Source: Candidatus Obscuribacterales bacterium
GTDB lineage: Bacteria > Cyanobacteriota > Vampirovibrionia > Obscuribacterales > Obscuribacteraceae
Length of the DNA stretch: 64,000 bases
Assembly (NCBI GenBank): GCA_019746975.1
Contig: JAIERK010000130.1
Location: 907 to 64,906, forward strand
Direction of reading: 5' to 3'
The first letter of the stretch is position 1. The number at the start of each line of letters is the position of its first letter. Made by a program: the position numbers and the translations under genes. The notes below the pieces were generated by a model, which was not told the DNA's origin, made no database searches, and worked only from the letters and a program-made list of their open reading frames with translations. Shown here in pieces: positions 35,785-43,712 of this stretch.

Positions 35785-37290
35785 GTGATTAGGCGAACCT
35801 TTTCCGCTTTTTTGATTCTCAATCTAATCGTCACGCCCTCGTTTGCGGCTACTGATCTAGAGGGTAAGGTCGATACGACTCAGCTTGCAACCGACGAGAC
35901 TGATACGCAGCGCCAGCCGCTGCAAGGTGGCGTCAAGAACGAGGCTTCCTTGAACCCTTCGCTTAAGGTGATTCCCGGGCAAAAAGCGAAAGCGAACTTG
36001 AAATCTGAGATCCCAAAATACTTTTATCCTAACGGAGCAAAACTGACACAGTATCGCGGGAGCGCTCCTGTGTTTTCCTCGGGTGAGCCTACCGAGTATC
36101 CAATGCTTAGAAGTCAGTCCCCAACACTGGCTCCGTCCCCAAGAGTCTGGCATATCATACCATCAGTGTCGAGCTACACTATGACCCCGCGCAATGGCAT
36201 CATGTCTTGGGTGGACGGATATGGTGAATCGAATTCGACCAACTCTCGAACATTGGCGAATTATAGACCAGCGCGCGAAGTCGTTCAAAGGTCTTCAGTC
36301 AACGGGATTACGTCCTATGCTCCCGGATATGATGTGCAGCAAAGCACCGCTTGTAGTGGCATTACTCAATACGATTCTCCTCGGTTTCCGGCACCACAAT
36401 TTTCGCCTGCGCAGATAGCACGCATGTTTGGCGAGCGTCTTTCGGCTCCCGTTTCGATCGCGCATAACGGGATAACGTCATATGCTCCCGGTTATGATGC
36501 GATTTCATTGCCGCCGTCGAGGAAAGGCATTACTTCGTTCGGTCCGGAACGTAAAATTGATAATGGTACTATGGGTAGTGCTAACGGATCGCGTACTCCC
36601 GCATACGCGGTAGCTATCAATACTCCGAAGAATGGAGTCGTATGTTGGGACTCCAGATATGAGTCGTCCGTGGCGAGCAATGGATTGATCAAAGAAACCA
36701 CCGATGGAATGTGGTCTTCTCCTGTGACTAGACCTGAGTCCAATATTGTCCCAACAACGCAGGAATTGGCTAATAAACCGCTATTCGTTCAACCCGTTGT
36801 CGATATGGAACACCCTCTGAGGGCACAGACTCTGCCTCTGGGCGGCATCGAGAAATCTGCTGTTCTGGCTGCACCGGAGGAGAAAATGAGCTGGGACGAG
36901 TGGTACAAGCGCGTCGCAAGAGCAATCTACGCTCGATGGCAAAATGCCAATGTTGGACCCGGAGCCGCCCGCGTCGTTGTTACTGTAACTAGAGATCGAG
37001 AACTGTATGGTCGCGTGACAGAGTTTTGGCCCGCTCAAGATGTCGCTCGAGATGTGGATGACGAGACCGATTTTAAGTCGGATGCTCTGAAGTCGATCAA
37101 TCTGGTCAGTTCATTTGAAATCCCAGAATTCCCTGATGGAGCCGATGTGCCCTCTGTCTCATTCGAAGTCGATTTGAAGCGACAGGTCGATGGGCCGACC
37201 GGTTTTGATGTGGCCGGCGTGGTTGATGGTAAGGCGCCGATGGTACCGACTAAAAAGGTCACGGCTGTAAATTCCGCGAAAAGGAAATAG
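35785..37290 (+). CDS. secreted hypothetical protein with six copies of an NGITSYAPGYD-like motif and a TonB/TolA-C-terminal-like end
   Basis: The GTG start has GGAG 10 nt upstream. The signal-like N-terminus is FSAFLILNLIVTPSFAAT. The motif copies are NGIMSWVDGYG, NGITSYAPGYDV, SGITQYDSPRF, NGITSYAPGYDA, KGITSFGPERK and NGVVCWDSRYE. The C-terminus WDEWYKRVARAIYARWQNANVGPGAARVVVTVTRDRELYGRV resembles the TonB/TolA C-domain pattern. Confidence 0.65.
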   Translation: MIRRTFSAFLILNLIVTPSFAATDLEGKVDTTQLATDETDTQRQPLQGGVKNEASLNPSLKVIPGQKAKANLKSEIPKYFYPNGAKLTQYRGSAPVFSSGEPTEYPMLRSQSPTLAPSPRVWHIIPSVSSYTMTPRNGIMSWVDGYGESNSTNSRTLANYRPAREVVQRSSVNGITSYAPGYDVQQSTACSGITQYDSPRFPAPQFSPAQIARMFGERLSAPVSIAHNGITSYAPGYDAISLPPSRKGITSFGPERKIDNGTMGSANGSRTPAYAVAINTPKNGVVCWDSRYESSVASNGLIKETTDGMWSSPVTRPESNIVPTTQELANKPLFVQPVVDMEHPLRAQTLPLGGIEKSAVLAAPEEKMSWDEWYKRVARAIYARWQNANVGPGAARVVVTVTRDRELYGRVTEFWPAQDVARDVDDETDFKSDALKSINLVSSFEIPEFPDGADVPSVSFEVDLKRQVDGPTGFDVAGVVDGKAPMVPTKKVTAVNSAKRK

Positions 37291-37439
37291 ATAAGAGCTG
37301 TCGTTTTTATGATGTATGGACTCTACAGCAGGTGTCAAACATTTGCGCATTGACGATCGCGCAACGCTTCCTGTTCCGTCGGACAATTGCGGTCGCATTC
37401 TTAGTTTGATTCTCAAACTGGACTCATCTATTCAATTCG

Positions 37440-39269
37440 TCAAGGTATCGTCTCAATCAAAAACTGCTGTCGATACAGTGTCGAATACAGCCCTTGTCGA
37501 GCCAGTAACTCTTCATGGTTTCCTGCATCAACGATGCGACCACCGTCAATTACAAAGATGATGTCGGCGCTCAGGATTGTTGATAGCCTGTGCGCAATTA
37601 CGAGACTTGTTCGACCTTCCATCAGAGGTACGAGCGCTGCCTGAATCAGCGCTTCATTCGCCGAATCAAGTGCACTCGTGGCCTCGTCTAGTATGAGTAT
37701 TTTGGGATCTTTCAACAATACTCTAGCTATGGCGAGCCTCTGCCTTTCTCCCCCGCTAAGTTTGTGACCGCGCTCGCCGACTATCGTTTCAAACCCTGAT
37801 GGGAGGGCGCATATGACATCGTGGATATGCGCCGCTTTAGTTGCACTTATAACATCGTCGGTGGTGGCATTGGGGCGAGCATACAAAAGATTGTTCATGA
37901 TTGTGTCGTGGAAAAGGTACGTTTCCTGCGTCACTACACCTATGTGTTGGCGCAGGTCTGCCAGTCCGATTGATTGGACATCTCTTCCGTCTATGCAGAT
38001 CCTACCTTCCTGTGGAACGTAAAAGCGCGGAACTAGGAGCGTTATTGTGGATTTGCCCGCCCCTGAAGGTCCGACAAATGCAGCAACTTGACCAGGTCTA
38101 ACCGAGAATGAGAGGTCGCTCAACACTTCAGCTCGTTCGGGATATGAGAAGAAAACTTTGTCGAACCTGACTTCACCGTCGACGTCTCCGAGCGTTTCGC
38201 TGCTAGCGGAGCTCGAGTCGGAACTCTCTTCTTCCGTCATGTCGAGACAGTCGAATATTCGTTCGAATACTGCTAATGCGCTGACTATCTGTGCCTGCAC
38301 GCCTGCAAGTGCTGATGCCGGAGTGTATAAGCGAGAGAGAAGTGCAACAAAAGATACGACGATGCCTATCGTCATTCCCTGGTTGATGCAGAGCCAGCCG
38401 CCCGCTAGCCAAATCAGGCTGGGCCCGATAGTCACCATTGCAGCAATGGCAGCCATGAACCAACGACCTACCATGGCCAGTCGAATCTCTGTTGTCATCA
38501 AATCCGTACTGAGTCGATAAAATCGTTCGTGCTCGTATCGTTCGCGGACGAACGATTTCAGAAGCATGATTCCCGACACAGAAAGGGTCTCCTGCTCTAT
38601 AGCATGAACTTCATCGCGTTTTTTTCGGGTCGTTTTTCGGATCTCGTACATCTTTCGACCGACTGGCCAGAGCGGAAAGATCATGAAAGGAATGACCAGT
38701 ATTGAAACTATTGCAAGACGCCAATCCAGAATAAAAATGGTAAAGAGAGTGGTTGCGATAACAGCCAGGTTGGTGACAATTGAAACCAGAGTTCCTGACA
38801 CGACTCCATCAATGCTGTCCACGTCATTGGACACCCGATTCATGATTTCGCCCGTCTTCGTACTTGTGAAAAAATCGAGCGGCATTCTGTGCATGTGACC
38901 CATAAGGCTGGCTCGTAAGTCTCGCATTATGCCCTCGCCAACGTATGCGTTCAGGTAGCCCTGATAAACACCCACGAATGATGCGAACAGTGCAGCACCG
39001 ATCATTGCGGCAACAAGCTGAGCAACCATGACTAAATCTTTCGAGGGGATTGCTTTGTCGATTAGCCACATTGTCAACACTGGGGGCAGCAGCCCGAGCA
39101 GCGCAACGATAAGCGTGCAGCCAATGACCTGAATTTCCTGCTTCCAGTAAGGGAGAAACAATTTGCTGATTCGTCGCCAGTCCACAGGCTTTTCGACCTT
39201 GGGCTTCTTTGGATCGAACATGTCCGACCACATGAGATGTACTGGTGGGGCACCGCTGAACATAATCAC
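37440..39269 (-). CDS. ABC transporter, fused permease/ATPase (MsbA-like type I exporter)
   Basis: Six-TM N-terminal half. ATPase motifs are Walker A (GPSGAGKST), signature (LSGGERQR) and Walker B (ILILDEATSALD). The start may be one of the internal Met codons near the N-terminus. Confidence 0.9.
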   Translation of the reverse strand: MIMFSGAPPVHLMWSDMFDPKKPKVEKPVDWRRISKLFLPYWKQEIQVIGCTLIVALLGLLPPVLTMWLIDKAIPSKDLVMVAQLVAAMIGAALFASFVGVYQGYLNAYVGEGIMRDLRASLMGHMHRMPLDFFTSTKTGEIMNRVSNDVDSIDGVVSGTLVSIVTNLAVIATTLFTIFILDWRLAIVSILVIPFMIFPLWPVGRKMYEIRKTTRKKRDEVHAIEQETLSVSGIMLLKSFVRERYEHERFYRLSTDLMTTEIRLAMVGRWFMAAIAAMVTIGPSLIWLAGGWLCINQGMTIGIVVSFVALLSRLYTPASALAGVQAQIVSALAVFERIFDCLDMTEEESSDSSSASSETLGDVDGEVRFDKVFFSYPERAEVLSDLSFSVRPGQVAAFVGPSGAGKSTITLLVPRFYVPQEGRICIDGRDVQSIGLADLRQHIGVVTQETYLFHDTIMNNLLYARPNATTDDVISATKAAHIHDVICALPSGFETIVGERGHKLSGGERQRLAIARVLLKDPKILILDEATSALDSANEALIQAALVPLMEGRTSLVIAHRLSTILSADIIFVIDGGRIVDAGNHEELLARQGLYSTLYRQQFLIETIP

Positions 39270-39332
39270 CTGTTTGAGCTGGTTCTGAGGTTGACTTTGA
39301 CGGTCTCGCCAAGGTAACAGGCGAGTTACTCG

Positions 39333-40577
39333 TCACACGCTTTGTTGGTTAACCCAGATTGTCTGCTTAACCAAACCGATGAGGCGATCTATCTCAGTTT
39401 CGTCATTGAAGAAATGAACTGCTACGCGAACCCAACCATGCCTTACTGTAGTCACGACGGCGTTATCGAGAAGCGTATTGTAGATCAAATCAGAATCGAG
39501 ATTGGGGTGATAGAACGATACGATACCAGACCAATAGTTGTCCCAGCGAGGGCTGACTACCTTGCAGTCGAGAGTTTGAAGCGCTCCTGCCAAACGATTT
39601 GTAAGAGCGAAGATTCGACCGGCAATGTTGTCTATTCCCTCTTCCAGCAAGAGGTCTATGCTTGCTCCTAAGGCCGCGATGCCTGGAAAGTTAGGCGTAC
39701 CCTCCTCGAATCGGCGCGCTGAGTCGAGTAGCTTCGCCTCGCATTCCGAGAAGGAATTGAAGTGCGAAGAGAAAGGGTCATCAACGCTCAACCATCCGAG
39801 ATTTGGGACCCATGGCTCTTCGAGCCATTTGGGGCTTACATAGAACAACCCTGTACCGGGTGGCGATAATAGCCACTTCTGGCCCCCTGAGGCAACGAAA
39901 TCTGCATGACACTGCGTTGCTGAAAACGGAAGTGCTCCAAGTCCTTGTATGGCGTCGACCACGAAAACAATATTGTTTCCCTTGCAAAACTCGCCCAGCG
40001 CGACTACATCTCGACGGCATCCGTCATCGTACTGGACGAAGCTAACTGCAAGCAGTTTTGTCTTATCGGTAACCATACTCGATACTGCAGTTGGTGTCAC
40101 GAGCGGTCGCTCCAGATCATCTCGCTCCGGCTTGAGCCAGCGAATCTTTACTCCAAGTGGTTCGAGTGAAAGCCAGGGAAATATATTCGATGGAAATTCC
40201 GATTCTGGAAGTATGATTTCATCGTCCTGCCCCCACGGAATCATTCGGGAGGCCAACCACAGCCCTGCGCCTGTGTTTTTCACGAATGCGACAGATCTGG
40301 CATCGCAATCCAGAAGTCGAGCCGCGCTCTCTCTCGTGCGCTTCACGACAGACATCCACTTGCCGAATGCGGTCGAACTCTCCTCCATGAGCACAGTGTT
40401 GAACGCCTGTGCCGCGTCAAACGTGGGACGCGGAATCGGACCGCTGGCGCTACTCATGAAGTAGGCGAAGCGTTGCTTAATTGGGAAGACGTCGTCTAGG
40501 TTCTCCAACATTTTCTCTTTTGATATGACTCGTTGTAGCCAATCATAATCGCAGTACCCATATGAGAAAGAATACAC
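39333..40577 (-). CDS. class V aminotransferase / cysteine-desulfurase-like PLP enzyme
   Basis: It has the fold-type I layout, with FVVDAIQGLG and the PLP-lysine region ASGGQKWLLSPPGTGLFYV. Confidence 0.75.
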   Translation of the reverse strand: MYSFSYGYCDYDWLQRVISKEKMLENLDDVFPIKQRFAYFMSSASGPIPRPTFDAAQAFNTVLMEESSTAFGKWMSVVKRTRESAARLLDCDARSVAFVKNTGAGLWLASRMIPWGQDDEIILPESEFPSNIFPWLSLEPLGVKIRWLKPERDDLERPLVTPTAVSSMVTDKTKLLAVSFVQYDDGCRRDVVALGEFCKGNNIVFVVDAIQGLGALPFSATQCHADFVASGGQKWLLSPPGTGLFYVSPKWLEEPWVPNLGWLSVDDPFSSHFNSFSECEAKLLDSARRFEEGTPNFPGIAALGASIDLLLEEGIDNIAGRIFALTNRLAGALQTLDCKVVSPRWDNYWSGIVSFYHPNLDSDLIYNTLLDNAVVTTVRHGWVRVAVHFFNDETEIDRLIGLVKQTIWVNQQSV

Positions 40578-40791
40578 AATTCCTTTATTAGAAACATATA
40601 GTTTTTTACGCTCTTTTTGAATTAGATACTCAAATCGCTGTATTTATCAGATTCTCCGGGGCCAGCTTGAAAAAAATTGGCTGGATAAAGGTATGTACGT
40701 CTGAACTCGTCTCTCTGACATAGTTGTCAGTGGGGTGGTGGCAATATATCCTTTGTATGGATATGTGATTCGAACTCGTGGAGGAGCTGGC

Positions 40792-42318
40792 ATGCCGGTG
40801 ACACAGAGCAGTGCTGTAACAACGTGCAAAATTCTAGTAGGTGGAGATTGGATTGATTCGGCGGCGACTGAATTCTCAGAAGTATTCAATCCTTCTACCG
40901 GAGAGGTTATCGCAAAAGTGCCTATGGGCAAAGGCGATGACGTAGACAAGGCTGTGCAAGCAGCGCAGGCAGCATTTCTCGAGTGGAAAGAGGTTCCAGT
41001 CGTAGAACGGGCGCGCGTAATGTTCCGATTCAAGAACCTGCTCGAGTCCAACTATGAGGAGATCGCTCGGTGTGTCACGAGAGAACATGGAAAAACATTG
41101 CCTGAAGCTCGTGCCTCGGTTCAGCGAGGGATAGAGGTGGTAGAGTTCGCCTGCGGAATTCCAAGTCTTTTCATGGGCGAGTCGATGGAAAATATCGCTC
41201 GAAATGTGGATTGCGAGACCGTGAGACACCCACTTGGAGTCTGTGTCGGCATCACACCGTTTAATTTTCCAGCCATGGTCCCGCTCTGGATGTACCCTGT
41301 GGCCCTGACTTGCGGAAATTCGTTTATTTTGAAACCTTCGGAAAAAGTGCCGCTCGCGAGTCTTTTGATCGCTGAGCTTCTCATCAAAGCCGGCATTCCG
41401 AAAGGCGTGTTCAATGTGGTGCATGGCGGAAAAGACTGTGTTGATGCGCTTCTTACCCACCCTCTCGTCAAAGCAGTGTCGTTCGTGGGTTCCACTCCGA
41501 TAGCTAAGTATATATACGAGACCGGGACCAAGCACGGCAAACGTGTGCAGTCAGCCGGTGGAGCGAAGAACCACATCATCATCATGCCTGATGCGGACAT
41601 GGAGCAGACCGTCCAGGCTCTTCAGGCCTCGGCATTTGGTTGCGCCGGCGAAAGATGCATGGCCGGCAGCCTCGCGCTTCCGGTTGGCGATGCCGCCGAT
41701 CAACTAGTTCCCTTGCTTGTAGAATCGGCCTCTAAGATGAAGGTCGGCCGCACTGATATCGGCGATGGTGCCGACATGGGACCTGTAATCACCGCTCAGC
41801 ATCTCAAGCACGTGCGGACAATGATTGACAAGGGCGAAAAGGAAGGGGCGAATATTGCCCTCGATGGTCGAGTCACTAAGGTTGCTGATGGTCCTAACGG
41901 TTACTTTATCGGCCCCACGGTGATTGACAAGGCTACAGCGGATATGTCGGTTGTCAGAGAAGAAATTTTCGGACCGGTATTGTCAGTGGTGCGATGTCAG
42001 AACATTCAGGATGCGATAGATATCGGCCAGAATTGCGAATTCGGCAACGGTGCCGTGATCTTCACCAACAGCGGTGCTGCAGCTCGTGAGTTCAAGCGCC
42101 ACTTCAATGCAGGGATGATTGGAATCAATGTTGGCGTGCCCGCTCCAATGGCATGGTTCCCATTCACCGGATGGAATCATTCATTCTTCGGCGATCTTCA
42201 TATTCAAGGTCGGGAAGGAATTCAGTTTTATACACAGCAGAAGATGACCATGACTAGATGGTTCTCAACTCAAAGCGGCAAGTTCCAGGATCCGATCTGG
42301 AAGGCCCGCAACAAATAG
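40792..42318 (+). CDS. mmsA: CoA-acylating methylmalonate-semialdehyde dehydrogenase
   Basis: The ORF is open from 40735, but the ATG at 40792 follows GGAGGA. It has the aldehyde dehydrogenase catalytic Cys (FGCAGERCMA) and the MMSDH-typical C-terminus FPFTGWNHSFFGDLHIQGREGIQFYTQQK. Confidence 0.9.
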   Translation: MPVTQSSAVTTCKILVGGDWIDSAATEFSEVFNPSTGEVIAKVPMGKGDDVDKAVQAAQAAFLEWKEVPVVERARVMFRFKNLLESNYEEIARCVTREHGKTLPEARASVQRGIEVVEFACGIPSLFMGESMENIARNVDCETVRHPLGVCVGITPFNFPAMVPLWMYPVALTCGNSFILKPSEKVPLASLLIAELLIKAGIPKGVFNVVHGGKDCVDALLTHPLVKAVSFVGSTPIAKYIYETGTKHGKRVQSAGGAKNHIIIMPDADMEQTVQALQASAFGCAGERCMAGSLALPVGDAADQLVPLLVESASKMKVGRTDIGDGADMGPVITAQHLKHVRTMIDKGEKEGANIALDGRVTKVADGPNGYFIGPTVIDKATADMSVVREEIFGPVLSVVRCQNIQDAIDIGQNCEFGNGAVIFTNSGAAAREFKRHFNAGMIGINVGVPAPMAWFPFTGWNHSFFGDLHIQGREGIQFYTQQKMTMTRWFSTQSGKFQDPIWKARNK

Positions 42319-42352
42319 CTGTATAGAGGCGCACTCACTCGCTGCCTCCCCG

Positions 42353-42388
42353 GACTCGGGCAGGATTTCCTGCCCGAGTCAATTTTTT
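42353..42388 (+). terminator. intrinsic terminator after mmsA
   Basis: A perfect 12-bp stem (gactcgggcagg / cctgcccgagtc) with a 4-nt loop (attt) is followed by aatttttt. Confidence 0.8.
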
Positions 42389-42488
42389 GCGACTCAATGC
42401 GAACTGTACGAGAGCAGCATTTCGTAAGCGCGTTCTGCGCCTCTGACCTAATTCCTTCGACGCCTTACTTCGACACCTCGAATAATGC

Positions 42489-42516
42489 CTTCGGACGAAC
42501 AAGCCTCTGACCCAAT
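42489..42516 (+). repeat. copy A of a 28-nt intergenic element (CTTCGGACG-N5-GCCTCTGACCCAAT) embedded in ~15-nt-periodic T(T/C)C(G/T)GAC repeats
   Basis: 23 of 28 nt are identical to 52382-52409, in the same orientation. Flanking units are ctctgacctaattcc, ttcgacgccttac and ttcgacacctcg. Confidence 0.5.
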
Positions 42517-42620
42517 CCCACAGTATTGACCATCAATAGTCGTTCTGAGGAATACGCTCTGACCATTCGAATTCGAGTGCCGTCAATCGTTTCACAATTC
42601 CGAACTCTGAACAGGAAAAT

Positions 42621-43625
42621 CTAGTGCGGTTGATCCAACCAATACCGATAGAGCGGAAATCCTGTCGAATCCGGCTGATTGACCGCCTGCAACCAGCCCT
42701 TCGGTCCGCCGGATTGGCGACTGTGAAATACGAAATTACCGGGGGCCGGCTTGAACGGTTCTACATACACGAAGCACGGGTCAGTAACATAGCCATTCCA
42801 ATACCTTGTTACGTCACCCGCGAGTCGGACCCATTGCGGTTTGTCCGGCATTGATCGCTTGTCCCACCAGAAGATATCCATATTGTGATATGGCGCAACC
42901 ATCGAGTTATTGGTGTATGCGTGTGCGGGAATCCACCAGGGTCGCTCTGCAGGCGGGACGTTTTTATTGACGCCGCCGGATAGTAGTGATTTGAGTGCAT
43001 TACCGAACAGACTCGTCGCCTGCGCTGGTGCAGATATAGCGGCTTGGGGATAGAGAGTTGGTTGTTGAAACGGCTGTGACATCACAGGTGGTGGTGAAGC
43101 CTGAAGCGATGAGTCAAACTGCTGAACATTGAGATTTGCGTTGCCTTGCAACGGTACTCTCATCCAGTCGTTTTGTTGCGGAGGAAAACCATTGGGCACT
43201 GGCTGGTTGTTTTTGAACTGACTGGCGTAGCCTTGAAGCGGAGTGGCGGCCTGTGTCGGAGCGTAGAAAACAGGCGGTTGCTGGGCTGGTGGCTGAATAC
43301 CAGTCTGGGGTGGTGATTGCTGATAACTCTGCGGGTAGTTGTATGAGCCGTATGGTTGGGAAATTGTCGACTGTGCCGGGCTCGACGAATTGCCCTGTTG
43401 CTGCGCAGATGAATTGTTGGCAGAACCATAGTCAATTGATTCCTCCATTCCCTGCCCGATTGCAGGTGATGTCATCGACTCCCAAAAGGCAATGCTTAGT
43501 ATCAGTAGTGAAAGATTTCGCAAGGCTGGCACACAACTGAGCGCTCCACTTGCATTATGTACCGACCGGCGATTTGTCGCAACTGGACGGCAACCCGCAC
43601 CGAATAACGGTGGCAAAGTAACCAA
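42621..43625 (-). CDS. secreted Gln/Pro-rich protein with Trp-rich C-terminal globular domain, function unknown
   Basis: It has a hydrophobic signal-like segment (LRNLSLLILSIAFWESMTSPAIG). About 170 aa are Q/P/S/N-rich (QQSPPQTGIQPPAQQPPVFYAPTQ...). The C-terminus is ERPWWIPAHAYTNN...DIFWWDKRSMPDKPQWVRLAGDVTRYWNGYV...YRYWLDQPH. Confidence 0.6.
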   Translation of the reverse strand: MVTLPPLFGAGCRPVATNRRSVHNASGALSCVPALRNLSLLILSIAFWESMTSPAIGQGMEESIDYGSANNSSAQQQGNSSSPAQSTISQPYGSYNYPQSYQQSPPQTGIQPPAQQPPVFYAPTQAATPLQGYASQFKNNQPVPNGFPPQQNDWMRVPLQGNANLNVQQFDSSLQASPPPVMSQPFQQPTLYPQAAISAPAQATSLFGNALKSLLSGGVNKNVPPAERPWWIPAHAYTNNSMVAPYHNMDIFWWDKRSMPDKPQWVRLAGDVTRYWNGYVTDPCFVYVEPFKPAPGNFVFHSRQSGGPKGWLQAVNQPDSTGFPLYRYWLDQPH

Positions 43626-43712
43626 CTAGAAGATATTTCAACCTCTCTGTGCCGGCGAGACGTCCGCGGCCCGTTGACTAAGCGTTTGAACTACGTCCCG
43701 CAGCAACGTTCA

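Noticed and set aside
40876-41600. 219 aa and 159 aa minus-strand ORFs inside mmsA
   Set aside because: They are antisense to a well-supported aldehyde dehydrogenase and have no motifs.
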